Origin: Paraspadella gotoi | Lineage: Eukaryota > Animalia > Chaetognatha | Direction: 5' to 3' | Assembly: GCA_051294375.1 (NCBI GenBank) | Contig: CM119264.1 | Span: 29,949,693-30,013,692 of the forward strand | DNA: 64,000 nt | Part shown: piece after piece, positions 1 through 12,194 of the stretch | Position numbering within the stretch: position 1 is the first letter of the stretch | Layout of the letters: each line of letters begins with the position of its first letter | Program-made: the position numbers and the translations under genes | The notes under the pieces: generated by a model | The model's input: the letters and a program-made list of their open reading frames with translations, nothing else | Databases searched by the model: none | What the model was told of the DNA's origin: nothing

Positions 1-39
1 ATTTTAGTTTTAATATTTACCAAAAAAATATTTTTTAAT

Positions 40-230
40 TCCTGAACCTGAATCCTAAACCCAAAACTTAAACCATTAATTTATTATACTACCCTCTAAC
101 CATAAACCTTAATCTCTAACCTATTTCCCAAACCCTAATCACTAACCTCATCTCTAACCCTAATCCTTAAGCTAATCCTTAACCCTCTCCTCCATCTTAA
201 TTTTTAACCCCAAAAAATTAACCTATTTCC
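40..230. repeat. Degenerate CCCTAA-like (telomere-like) interstitial repeat
   Basis: Scattered cctaaccct/ccctaatc/ctaacc units in AT-rich sequence; too degenerate to be a chromosome end. Confidence 0.45.
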
Positions 231-427
231 AAATATAAGATGAAACGTAGCGTTCTGAGAAAATAAGGCCGACCTGGCTCCGTCAGAAAAATCTACAATA
301 TAACCAGTTACGCATCGCATCAATGATAATTGATAATCATTTGTAATAAGCATTACCAGGTGGCTGAGGACCATCAGGTGCCGAGATTGATCCTCAATGG
401 TACCTACCCAGCGGGAAACGTGAGGAC

Positions 428-512
428 GGCCGTAAACCGCAGTGAGGGCCTGGAAAACCCTTCAAGCCTGGTTCCAAGCCCAGGACCCGTTTCCTTGCTG
501 ATTGAGGGGGTT
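428..512 (+). ncRNA. Twister-ribozyme-like motif (type P1 order, possibly degenerate)
   Basis: GGCC-G-TAA-ACC-GC, hairpin TGAGGG/CCTTCA (443-464), stem CCTGG/CCAGG with loop TTCCAAGC (467-484), then GAGGG-GGTT (504-512). This matches the twister order UAA...GC...P4(UCCCAAGC)...GAGGG, but P2 pairing is imperfect. Confidence 0.45.
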
Positions 513-719
513 AAAGGAGTTGCGCATAGCACTCTTTAGCCCACTTAGCGTCTTTCCCACAGCTCCCTCTGTTAAAGTTAAAGGATAAACTCGAGGTCAG
601 CAACTCGACCATCGCATTTCGCTATTCGCGATTCCTCTTCCCATCTATTTTCGTTTTTCTTTTTACGAGATTCCGTTTCCAACGAAAATTGGAAGATTCG
701 CTTTTTGACCGGAAGAAGA

Positions 720-1160
720 TGGTGAGCGCTGGGGTGATGCATAGGGTGGTGACTGGGGTGATGGATGGGGTGGAGGCTGGGGTAATGGATGGGGTGNNNN
801 NNNNNNNNNNNNNNNNNNNNNNNNNNNNNNNNNNNNNNNNNNNNNNNNNNNNNNNNNNNNNNNNNNNNNNNNNNNNNNNNNNNNNNNNNNNNNNNNNNNN
901 NNNNNNNNNNNNNNNNNNNNNNNNNNNNNNNNNNNNNNNNNNNNNNNNNNNNNNNNNNNNNNNNNNNNNNNNNNNNNNNNNNNNNNNNNNNNNNNNNNNN
1001 NNNNNNNNNNNNNNNNNNNNNNNNNNNNNNNNNNNNNNNNNNNNNNNNNNNNNNNNNNNNNNNNNNNNNNNNNNNNNNNNNNNNNNNNNNNNNNNNNNNN
1101 NNNNNNNNNNNNNNAGGCTGGGGTAATGGATGGGGTGGAGGCTGGGTTAGAGGCTGGTGA
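720..1160. repeat. G-rich ~24-bp minisatellite (GGCTGGGGTRATGGATGGGGTGGA) spanning an N gap
   Basis: The same unit is visible on both sides of the 797-1114 gap. Confidence 0.6.
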
Positions 1161-2109
1161 TGGCAGAGGAAATTCCCGTTGAGCAGCAGTGAAGGCAAAG
1201 GCTAAAATTTGTGAAGTGCTGAAGAGGAGAAGTTAACACTAAAAGAAGAATCTTATAACCGTGTAAGAATGTCAGGCATTCTGGCTGTCAATTTGTCAGG
1301 CTGTCAGACGCTTAGTAAGGCAGTCCTTCGGCAACGACAGAAAAATCCAAAAAGTTTTTTTTAAAAAATGGGCTGTGATCAAATTAAGCTGTTGTCAGTA
1401 AAAACCTGAAACTTTTTTTTAGTAATTAATGAATTAACCGAACAAAGCTGCAGTTCAGACACATGACAGCAAAGAGATTTCAATAAAATAAAGTAGAAAT
1501 TGAAAAAAAAGAATAAAAGCAGAAAGAAAAAGGAAAAGTTAAAAAAAAGAAAGAATTCGTCACCTCGACGAAAGTCAAACGGAGACTCTCTTTATGCCAT
1601 ATTCCTAAATCGCTCTCTCTCTCTCTCTCNNNNNNNNNNNNNNNNNNNNNNNNNNNNNNNNNNNNNNNNNNNNNNNNNNNNNNNNNNNNNNNNNNNNNNN
1701 NNNNNNNNNNNNNNNNNNNNNNNNNNNNNNNNNNNNNNNNNNNNNNNNNNNNNNNNNNNNNNNNNNNNNNNNNNNNNNNNNNNNNNNNNNNNNNNNNNNN
1801 NNNNNNNNNNNNNNNNNNNNNNNNNNNNNNNNNNNNNNNNNNNNNNNNNNNNNNNNNNNNNNNNNNNNNNNNNNNNNNNNNNNNNNNNNNNNNNNNNNNN
1901 NNNNNNNNNNNNNNNNNNNCTTTTCTTATGCTTGCCTCGAACTCCTCTTTATCTTGTCTCGAGCTTGCCTTCGGCTTGTCTTGAGCTTCCCTTCAATTCT
2001 TCTTCACCAGCTGAAATTCAATAGTATTATCTTTATTTAATCATCTTTATCATTTTCCTAAGATTAGTGTGTTGCTAAGTCTCTTTCTTCTACGTGAAAA
2101 AAATAATGA

Positions 2110-2470
2110 GACTAACAAATGACAAGTGATAGACAAATGGCAAATGACTGACAAATGACTTGTCAAATGAAAGAATAATAATTAAAAAATGATAAATGAC
2201 TGACAAAAGATGTACAAATGACTTGAAAAATGGCATATGACTGACGAATGTCTTACAAATGATTGACAAATGACAGACTAATTGCTTACAAATGATAAAT
2301 GGTTGACAAATTACGGACAAATAACTTGACAAATGACTGACAAATAGCTTACTATATGACTAACAATTACCTTAAAAATGAAAAATGGCTTACAAATGAC
2401 TGACAAATGACAAACTGATTACTGAAAATTGATAAATGACTGACGAATAACTTTACAAATGACACATGAC
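2110..2470. repeat. Degenerate tandem repeat of TGACAAATGAC-like units
   Basis: Recurrent acaaatgac/tgacaaa units. Confidence 0.7.
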
Positions 2471-2919
2471 TTTCCTCACCTCATCTTTATCATTTGGTTT
2501 TGGCGAAGGACGTTGTAACTTTGGCGGCAGAGAGATAAGGAGTGGTGACTGGTGAGTGATGAGTGGTGAGTGGTGCGTGGTGAGACTTTTCTCGTCAGAC
2601 CAATTTTTTAATGCATTTCAAGCTCCTCCCTTTTTTTTTTGTCAAACCTAAAGGGTAAAAAAGTTTTTTTTAAAAATTTAATAATTTCCTATTTGAATTC
2701 GTTTCTTTTGTATAGGGTAAGAATACAATATTTTGCCTTATTCTAGTTTTTCTTTTCGTCCTGTCTGTCCTCTCTTTCTGTTCTTTCTTTCTATCCCCTC
2801 TTTCTATCCCTCCACCGCAAACGTGACGAGCATCTTCCTCATTAGCGAAAGAAGAAAAACTTGGACGACTCAAGTTTTCGACTTTGAAAGACATTTTGAC
2901 CCCGAAAAATGATGGTGAA

Positions 2920-3030
2920 AGGAGGTCGGAGTGATGGGCGATCGGAGTGATGGGCGGTCGGAGTGACGGGCGGTCGGAGTGACGGGCGGTCGGAGTGATA
3001 TGCGGTCGGAGTGACGGGCGGTCGGAGTTC
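2920..3030. repeat. 16-bp tandem repeat CGGTCGGAGTGACGGG
   Basis: About 6 adjacent copies, with degenerate copies near 3115-3135. Confidence 0.8.
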
Positions 3031-3710
3031 TGGGAGCTTTCAGTGACAGACGGTCGCTGTGACTGGTAGTCAGAGACTCTCAAGTCTCCAGAGTTGGTTT
3101 TATCATAAGTCTGGGTGATGGGCGATCGGGCTGACAGGTAGTTAGAGTGACAGTGACTCTCTAATTCTCTTGTAGTTGATTCGTTAGAGTCATTGGATCT
3201 GGGAGGTTTGAGTGATAGGCGGTTGAGGAGACGAGCGTTGCGGGGTAATGACCGGTCAAGTNNNNNNNNNNNNNNNNNNNNNNNNNNNNNNNNNNNNNNN
3301 NNNNNNNNNNNNNNNNNNNNNNNNNNNNNNNNNNNNNNNNNNNNNNNNNNNNNNNNNNNNNNNNNNNNNNNNNNNNNNNNNNNNNNNNNNNNNNNNNNNN
3401 NNNNNNNNNNNNNNNNNNNNNNNNNNNNNNNNNNNNNNNNNNNNNNNNNNNNNNNNNNNNNNNNNNNNNNNNNNNNNNNNNNNNNNNNNNNNNNNNNNNN
3501 NNNNNNNNGAGGAGGAAGAATAGGAGAAGGAGGATGAAGACGAAGAGGATAGGGGAAAGATTTAAGTGAAGATGGAGACGCATAAAATTTGTTTGGAGGT
3601 CGAACTTTCTCTCTGTCGTCGTCGTCGTCGTCGTCGTCGTCGTTTCTATAATAAAAGACGCGAGATTCTTTGGCAAAAATCGTTTAGGATCATAATGCAA
3701 GAGTTTATGA

Positions 3711-3755
<45 letters not shown>

Positions 3756-4544
3756 ATGATGATGATGAAGATGATGATTTGAAGCAGGTGAATCGAAAAC
3801 TTGATTTTGTGCAGACGAAATTTTTTTTCTCATCTTTCTCTCTCTCNNNNNNNNNNNNNNNNNNNNNNNNNNNNNNNNNNNNNNNNNNNNNNNNNNNNNN
3901 NNNNNNNNNNNNNNNNNNNNNNNNNNNNNNNNNNNNNNNNNNNNNNNNNNNNNNNNNNNNNNNNNNNNNNNNNNNNNNNNNNNNNNNNNNNNNNNNNNNN
4001 NNNNNNNNNNNNNNNNNNNNNNNNNNNNNNNNNNNNNNNNNNNNNNNNNNNNNNNNNNNNNNNNNNNNNNNNNNNNNNNNNNNNNNNNNNNNNNNNACGA
4101 CGACGACGACGACGACGACGAACTCTCTCTTCAGCTCATCGTCTTTACGCCGGTCAATTGGTCGGTCGGTCCATAAAACGGCGTTCTTTTCGTCATCCGT
4201 CGATTTTGCGTTCGAATGACGACGACGACGACGACAACAACAACAACAACGACGGCGAGAATGTCGAAACCTGTGAGTGTAGAGTTCGTCCTTCTCTTTC
4301 TCTATTTCCAAATTGTGAACGGGTAAGTGTTAAAATATTTAAAATGTGAATTTAAACTGTGAAAGGGATAAAGTTGCTTTCGATGCCTTTAATACTGAAT
4401 CGAAGTCGACAAGGAATGCTCATTTTACTTTACGATTTTATTGTACGAGTCTTCATACTACTTCATATTCTTTTTATCTCTTAATGGATAACAACGACAA
4501 CAACAAACAACGCCCCCCTCCCAAATTCCACTTCCCCCCCCCAG

Positions 4545-4789
4545 AATCGCCTCCTCTTCTCTTCCGCCTCCGGAATCAAAACTTTCGCCGGAAAACCAGC
4601 TTCCGGATTTGACCTCAGAGCGGACGGCGTTTCCGGCAGAGGCTCTGGTCACGATTCCGCTGACGCTAACGCCGGCGGTCGGGCTGGCGGCGGCGGAGAT
4701 GGGCGCGGCGGCGGCGGTGGCGGCGGCGGCGGCGGCGGCGGATGCTGAGTCGGAGGCGGCGGCGGCGACGGCGGCGGAAATGTCCACAG
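4545..4789 (+). CDS. Possible Ala-rich exon (perhaps an upstream exon of the ENTPD gene)
   Basis: Flanked by ccccccag and AG|GTGAGG. The open frame ...LTSERTAFPAEALV...AAAA...EMST ends in phase 1, compatible with the phase-1 exon at 8623. No homology recognised. Confidence 0.25.
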
Positions 4790-7700
4790 GTGAGGAAGAT
4801 TCTAATTTAAAACTGTTGATCTTGAGAATGAATTTAATTTGATTTAATTTAATAATACTTTCACTTTTTTTAATATACATGTAAACTTAAAATAAGCATT
4901 CAGTTTAGAAAATCCGTTTTTCATGAAGGAAGTCGGCGTAGTTCACTTACTAAATTGTTACAATAGCCAGTCACTAACTGACTGGCGGAACAATTCACCA
5001 ATTACCATCCAACCGCAGAAGAATCTTTGTGTACCAATCACAAACTGGTACCGACACCAATCATTTACTGGCAATTGGACCACGAAAGCTGAAGCAATCA
5101 TCAATTTAATAATTATATCGACTATCGTGGCCGNNNNNNNNNNNNNNNNNNNNNNNNNNNNNNNNNNNNNNNNNNNNNNNNNNNNNNNNNNNNNNNNNNN
5201 NNNNNNNNNNNNNNNNNNNNNNNNNNNNNNNNNNNNNNNNNNNNNNNNNNNNNNNNNNNNNNNNNNNNNNNNNNNNNNNNNNNNNNNNNNNNNNNNNNNN
5301 NNNNNNNNNNNNNNNNNNNNNNNNNNNNAAATTCTAACTCGCATCTACGTGTCTCTAAATCGGAATTCTTCTTTTTAATAAATTATGACGCGAGGGAAGA
5401 TTTTCAGGGAATAATGGATTACTGCCTCAGGGAAAAAAGAGAAGACCCGCGACGCGCTTCTCCACCGCCGCGCGCTTCCTTTGCCCCCTCGTTTCGGCTC
5501 CTGCCCGCCGTTTCTGACGGACTGCTGCTGCTGCTGCCTGCTGCTGCTGCTGCCTGACCTGCTGCCTGCTTTACTGCTGCTGCTGCCGCTGCTGCTTTGC
5601 CGCCGGTGACCTCGCCCTCAGTGGCTTTTGTGCACGCCCGCCCTATTTTTTTCTCACCTCTTTCCTCTCTCTACTCTCTCTCTCTCTCACTCTCTCTCTC
5701 TATCATCCCATCTCTCTCTCTCCATCTCTCTCTCATCTCTCTCACCTCTCTCTGTCTCTCTCCTCTCTTTCTCTCTCTCTCTCTCTCTTCTCTCTCTCCT
5801 CTCCTCTACTCTCTCAGCCGATCTCTTTATCTTCTCTCCTCCCCATCCCTCTCTTCCCTCCGCCTTTCCCATTTCTCGCCTCCTCTCTATTCTCTCCTCA
5901 CTCCCCCTCTTTCCTCTCTCCTCCCCCTCTCCTCTCTCTCTCTCCTACTCTCGATACTCTCTCTCTCTCGCATCTTTCCCTCTCTCTCTCTCTCGGACTC
6001 TCTCTCTCTCTCCCTTTCCTCTAATCTCGTCATCTCATCTCTCTCTCTCCTCTCCCTTCTTACCTGTCTCTCCGTCTTTCATCTCTCCCTCCTCTCTTCT
6101 CTTCTTATTATTCTCTCTAGTTCCTCTCCTCCTCTCTCGCTCTCTCCCTCCTCCTCTCTCTCTCTCTCTCTCTCCTCTTCTACTCTCTCCGTCTCTCTCT
6201 CTCCTCTCCTCCCGTCTCTCTCTCTCTCACGTCTTTCTCTACTCTCCCTCCTCAGCTCTTCCTCTCATCTCTCTCCTCATCTCTCGTCTCTTTCTCTCTC
6301 TCTCCTCTTTCTCTCTCTTCATCTCGTCATCTATCTCTCTCTCGCTCTCTTCTTCCTCTCTCTCTCTCTCCCCCTCCTCTCTCACCGTCCTCTTTCTCTC
6401 CTCTTCATCTCTTCCTCTCGTCTCTCCTCTCTCTCTCTCTCTCTTTATGCTTCTTCTCTCTCATCCTTTCTCTCTCTCATCTTCTCCATCTCTCTTTCTC
6501 TCCTCTCTTCTCTCTCTCTCTCTCTTCTCTCTCATCTTTTCCCCCTCGCCGACGCTTCACATGGTTTTTTCGCCTCGCGGCTTCGATACGCTCGAGACGC
6601 CGACCGCGCACCGCCGCACGACCGCCGCCACCTCTCTCTCCTTCCGCTCTCGTCTTTCCGCCGGTCCTTGGTCGGATCCGGTCCACTCCCCGGGCGTTCT
6701 TTTCTTTTTCCGTCCTCCGTCGCTTTGGCGTTTCGCCTGCCGCCGCCGCCGCACGACCCCACCCCACCCGACCGGCGCGCCTGTCGCACCCCTGTGCGTG
6801 TCGACCGTTCTCATCTCTTTCTCTTCTTTCCACCTTGTGCCCCGGTCACGTGTTCACCTATTTCACCCTGTGCCTTTACCCCATGTGCCCGGGACTCCCG
6901 TTGCTTTCGCTGCCCTATTCCTCCTGACCTCGCCGTCGCCCCGGCCTGCTCAATTTTTCCTTTCCGATTTTACTTGTACCGCGTCTTCCCCTCCTTCCTT
7001 TTCTTTTTTATCTCTTCACCTGGCTAACCACCCGCCTCCCCACCACCCACGCACCCCTCCCACCTTCACCTTCCCCCCCACCCGCCATCGCCTCCTCTTC
7101 TCTTCCCGCCCTCCGGCCTCCACCCTATTCGCCGGCCCAGCGTCCGCTTTGACCTCACCGCGGAGGCGTTTTCCGGCCGAGGCTTTTCTGTCCCGCTTCC
7201 CGCCGCTGCCGCTCCCGCCGGCGGTCGGCTGGCGGCGGCGGCGCATGGGCGCGGCGGCGCGGTGGCGGCGGCGGCGGGCGGCGGCGGCTGCTGCGTCGGC
7301 GCAGGCGGCGGCGCCCGGCGGCGGCCCTGGTTCCACACGGTGCGGCCGATCTCCTTTCACACACACCTGTTGCTCTTGCGCAGCCTTTACATTTGCTTTC
7401 CTTTCCTCTACCTTTCCCTCCCTTTTTTTCACTACCCTGTCACCCTTCCCACTACCGCAACTTCCGTTTAGACACTCCGTTTTTTCCACTGCCGGCACGT
7501 CAGGCTTTTTCGTTCCCTTACTCCCTTGATTACACCACCGTCACCTACCTGACCTGGCGGCCCCTTCCCGCCCATCCCACTCCACCCGCCAGCAGCTTTT
7601 GTGTACCACTCCCCCTGTACCCGCCCATCCTTTCCTGGCACCTTGGGCCAACCGACCAGCTGCCACGCCCTCCTTCCTCCCTTTCTCCTTACTCCTCGCC

Positions 7701-8152
7701 TATCGTGGCCGGTCGCGGGGGCACGTGGCAGGACGGCCGGCCTCACCAGCGCGTGGGGCGCGCACGCCGGCGGGGGGCCAGGGTTGAGGGGGGAGGCCTC
7801 CTATCTCACCTCGCCTCTACCGTGTCTCTCCAACTCGGCGACTTCCTTCCTTTTTCCTCCCTTCTGGACGCCGCGACGGCCGCTTTCGGGACCTACAGGC
7901 TTACTGCCTCCGGGCAACCGAGCCGCCAGATCGAAGACGGGCGCTGCCAGCGTAGAACCTGACGCGCGGCGGCACTCGCGACGCGCCAGGGCGCGCGCGA
8001 GCTAGCCCAGCCAGCGCCCGACGCGCGCGCGCGAGCGAGCGCGAGCGAGACGCGACGCGCGCGAACAGAGAGAGCGAGCAGCAGATAGCAGACGCGGAGC
8101 ACGGTTAAGAAGATAAGAAGTTGCAATAGAGAGTAGAAAGTGTGGTGAAGAG

Positions 8153-8207
<55 letters not shown>

Positions 8208-8622
8208 AGAAAAAGAGAGAGAGAGAGAGAGAAAAGAAGAGAGAAGAGAGAGAGAGAAAGTGAGATGAGGGAGTGTAAAACAAAGCGAGCAACACATACA
8301 TGATTATTTAATACCTTGGATTTCCAAGGAATATAAAATTCCCCACGCCTTTCTCTGAATCTTCGATACCAGATTTCTTCTCTCTCTATCTCTTTATTCT
8401 CCTCTTTTTCTCTTCTTTTTTTTCTCTTCTCTCTCATCTTTGTCACCCCCCCTTCTTCTCTCTTCCTCTCTCTTTCCTCGTCTCATCTCTCTCTTCTCTC
8501 TCTCTCTCTCTGCTGCATCTTTACTCCTCTCCTCCCTCTTCCTCCTCTTCTCGTACTCTCTCTCCTCCTCTTNNNNNNNNNNNNNNNNNNNNNNNNNTCT
8601 CTTTCTCTCTCTCCATTTCCAG

Positions 8623-8904
8623 AAAACCTCGTTGGAAATCTCCCTCTCGCTCCCACTCTTTCAAAAACGCAGAATCTTCACAGTGCGGGCGCAAGAAATT
8701 TCGACGAAAGAGCAACAAATTCGGCGGAAGATGTCGCTGGTGAAAAAAACTCGGGAGAGACGCGACGTGAGATCGGTGAAGCGACGAGGACGAGAGAAAT
8801 TCACAGGAGTGAAGAAATCACTGAAGAAGAGTCTTCTGTGAAAATCAGTAAAGAAAAAAGTAAAGAAATTTTAAAAATCAATGGTGAAGACAAAGAAATC
8901 AAAG

Positions 8905-8936
<32 letters not shown>

Positions 8937-9802
8937 CTTATTCACGCCGTCGTCTTCGACTGCGGATCAACTGGATCACGAGTTCACGTCTTTCAGGTTC
9001 ACATCGCGTAGTCAAAGTTAATTATGTACAAAGTCAAATATATATAACAGTGATAACAAGAATTATTAGTTACGTTTGTACGATCGTATATTTTCTTTCG
9101 TTTCAATTTTGTTAAAATTAATCTTTGTTTTTCATTTCTTGACTTTTTCACCTCAAGAAAAAGAAGGGAAAACCTTTTTTAGTCTTTCCTTAACATGAAT
9201 ATTCTCTTTTCTCTTTTTCTCGTTTCTCTCCTCTCCTCCCTCCCTCCGCTGTTCTCTCCTCTCCTCTCTCTCTCCTCATCCNNNNNNNNNNNNNNNNNNN
9301 NNNNNNNNNNNNNNNNNNNNNNNNNNNNNNNNNNNNNNNNNNNNNNNNNNNNNNNNNNNNNNNNNNNNNNNNNNNNNNNNNNNNNNNNNNNNNNNNNNNN
9401 NNNNNNNNNNNNNNNNNNNNNNNNNNNNNNNNNNNNNNNNNNNNNNNNNNNNNNNNNNNNNNNNNNNNNNNNNNNNNNNNNNNNNNNNNNNNNNNNNNNN
9501 NNNNNNNNNNNNNNNNNNNNNNNNNNNNNNNNNNNNNNNNNNNNNNNNNNNNNNNNNNNNNNNNNNNNNNNNNNNNNNNNNNNNNNNNNNNNNNNNNNNN
9601 NNNNNNNNNNNNNNNNNNNNNNNNNNNNNNNNNNNNNNNNNNNNNNNNNNNNNNNNNNNNNNNNNNNNNNNNNNNNNNNNNNNNNNNNNNNNNNNNNNNN
9701 NNNNNNNNNNNNNNNNNNNNNNNNNNNNNNNNNNNNNNNNNNNNNNNNNNNNNNNNNNNNNNNNNNNNNNNNNNNNNNNNNNNNNNNNNNNNNNNNNNNN
9801 NC

Positions 9803-9833
<31 letters not shown>

Positions 9834-9896
9834 AACATAGATTAAGAAAAACCTGGTTTCTTAGACAGAAAACACGAAATCTCTTTTCTTCCGTGT

Positions 9897-9927
<31 letters not shown>

Positions 9928-12157
9928 CCGCTGCCAGCTGTCAGAGTCGGTGCTGCCGTTTTCCTCCCCGCTGCCAGACACTGTCAGTCTTTATCGCCCT
10001 CTATTTGAAAGTAGCTTCACTCGATGTCGCCTTTTGTCTTAAAACAAACGAACAGACTTTTATTTTATCACAAAGATTGACTGATTCTCTTTTCCGCCTA
10101 ATCCACTTCCGCCGCAGCAACTGCAGCATTAGCCGCTGCAGCCACCTCAGCAGCCGCAGAGAGACTCCGTCGCCGCTGCTCTGCAGTTTCAACACAAAAA
10201 ACCCCGCCGCCCGGGAACCCGATTATAGGTCGCCTCTCTTTCTTCCCTACATTCCCGAAGGCCGCCTTTCCTTTTAAGCCTTTCTTCCTTTTGCTTCGCC
10301 CCCTTGTCCCTTNNNNNNNNNNNNNNNNNNNNNNNNNNNNNNNNNNNNNNNNNNNNNNNNNNNNNNNNNNNNNNNNNNNNNNNNNNNNNNNNNNNNNNNN
10401 NNNNNNNNNNNNNNNNNNNNNNNNNNNNNNNNNNNNNNNNNNNNNNNNNNNNNNNNNNNNNNNNNNNNNNNNNNNNNNNNNNNNNNNNNNNNNNNNNNNN
10501 NNNNNNNNNNNNNNNNNNNNNNNNNNNNNNNNNNNNNNNNNNNNNNTTTGTTTTATCTATTATTTCCTCGTTTGACTTGTTTTATATTAAAGTTTTCTAC
10601 CTTTTCTTCTCCTTTTCCATATCGAGGCTTTCCTCATTTTCCGTTTCTTTATTTTCTCTTTTCCGGTAGATAATTTCCTCTTTTGTTTACTTTCGACTTT
10701 GTCTTTCCTTCCTTTTCTTTCCTCCCTCTTCTTTCCTCCATCTCAGGTGCCACCCAAAGACTCTCTCCTCTTTTCTTTCCTCTCTTTTTTCCTCCCTTTT
10801 CTTTCTTTTCTTTCCTCCATCTCAGGCGCCAGCCAAAGACTCTCTCCTCTTTTCTTTCCTCTTTTTTTTCCTCCCTTTTCTTTCTTTTCTTTCCTCCATC
10901 TCAGGCGCCACCCAAAGACTCTCTCCTTATTTATTTCCTCTCTTTTTCCTCCCTTTTCTTTCCTCCCTTTTCTTTCCTCCATCTCAGGCGCCGCCCAAAG
11001 ACTCTCTCCTCTTTTCTTTCCTCCCTTTTTTTCCTCCCTGTTCTTTCCTCCATCTCAAGTGCCGCCAAAAGACTCTCTCCTCTTTTCTTTCCTCCCTTTT
11101 TTCCTCCCTTTTCATTCCTCCATCTCAAGTGCCGCCTAAAGTCTTTCTCCTCTTTTTTTCTTCCATTTTTTTCATCACTTTTCTCTCTTTTCTTTCCTCC
11201 CTTTTCTTTCCTCCATCTCAGGCGCCGCACAAAGTCTCTTTCCTTATTTCTTTCCTCTCTTTTTTCCTCCCTTTTCTTTCCACCCTTTTCTTTCCTCCAT
11301 CTCAGGCGCCGCCCAAAGTCTCTTTCCTCTTCTCGAAGAAGCGAAGAATTCGATTCCAAGAAGAAAATGGAACGAGACGCTTTTGACTCTGAAGGTAAAA
11401 CCGGAAAGTGGAAAGTAGAAAGTGGAAAGTGGAAAGTGAAAATAATTAAGTGGAAAATAAAATGTTATAAGTATTAAATATAAACTAGAAGGTGGAAAGT
11501 AGAAAGTGGAAATTAGTAAGTGGAAAGTATGATGTAGAAAATATGAAATATAAACTAGAAAGTGGTAAGTAGTGGAAATAGTAAAGTATAAAAAAATTTT
11601 GTTTTAAGGCTTATGTTTTAAGTACTCCTGAAGCAGAGGCAGCAAGAGAAAGCTTCAACGTGATGATGTTCAATAAAGTGCGGGTAAAATTATGAAATAT
11701 GTTTTTTTTAAAGTAAACAAAACTTTACTTTAGGATTATCTATCCTTTTCTATTATTCTTTCCTGGGGACATGGGGACAAAAGATAAAATAACAAAAATC
11801 TTTGTTTTCTTTTCCTTCTTTGGTTATTTGTTTGTCCTCTTAGTTTGTACGACTGTTTTTGGGCAGCAGACGATGTTTTTGGTAGAACAAAATGACTTTT
11901 TTTTTTACTTTTCCTTTCAAAAAAGCTCTTCGGGTCCATCTTTATGTCTCTCTGTCTTTTGTCTCCCTCTCCATCTTTCTTTTTTCTTTTATTCCAGTCT
12001 CCTATTGTCAATTTTCTTAATTGCCTTCATTTCTCTCCCTTATATCGGATTTTCTCTCCTTTATTTTTCTCTGTTTTTACCGATAAATTTGTTCTCAACT
12101 TTTGATAAAAGTTTTTAGCCCGAAAATTTTCAGTATTAGTCTTTCGTCTCGTAGCCA

Positions 12158-12194
<37 letters not shown>

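Noticed and set aside
40-230. True telomere
   Set aside because: Highly degenerate, short and mixed with AT-rich sequence; more like a repeat-element fragment.
6550-7450. Apparent duplication of ~4090-5000
   Set aside because: Indel-rich, A-depleted copy inside a block ending at a 25-N join (8573-8597); most likely a low-quality long-read gap fill.
5597-7529. Long Leu/Ser-rich ORFs (476 and 633 aa)
   Set aside because: Translation of degenerate (CT)n microsatellite, which lacks stop codons by composition.
9860-10200. Possible nested minus-strand exons in an ENTPD intron
   Set aside because: GC-rich triplet-like repeats with no recognisable homology or consistent splice model.
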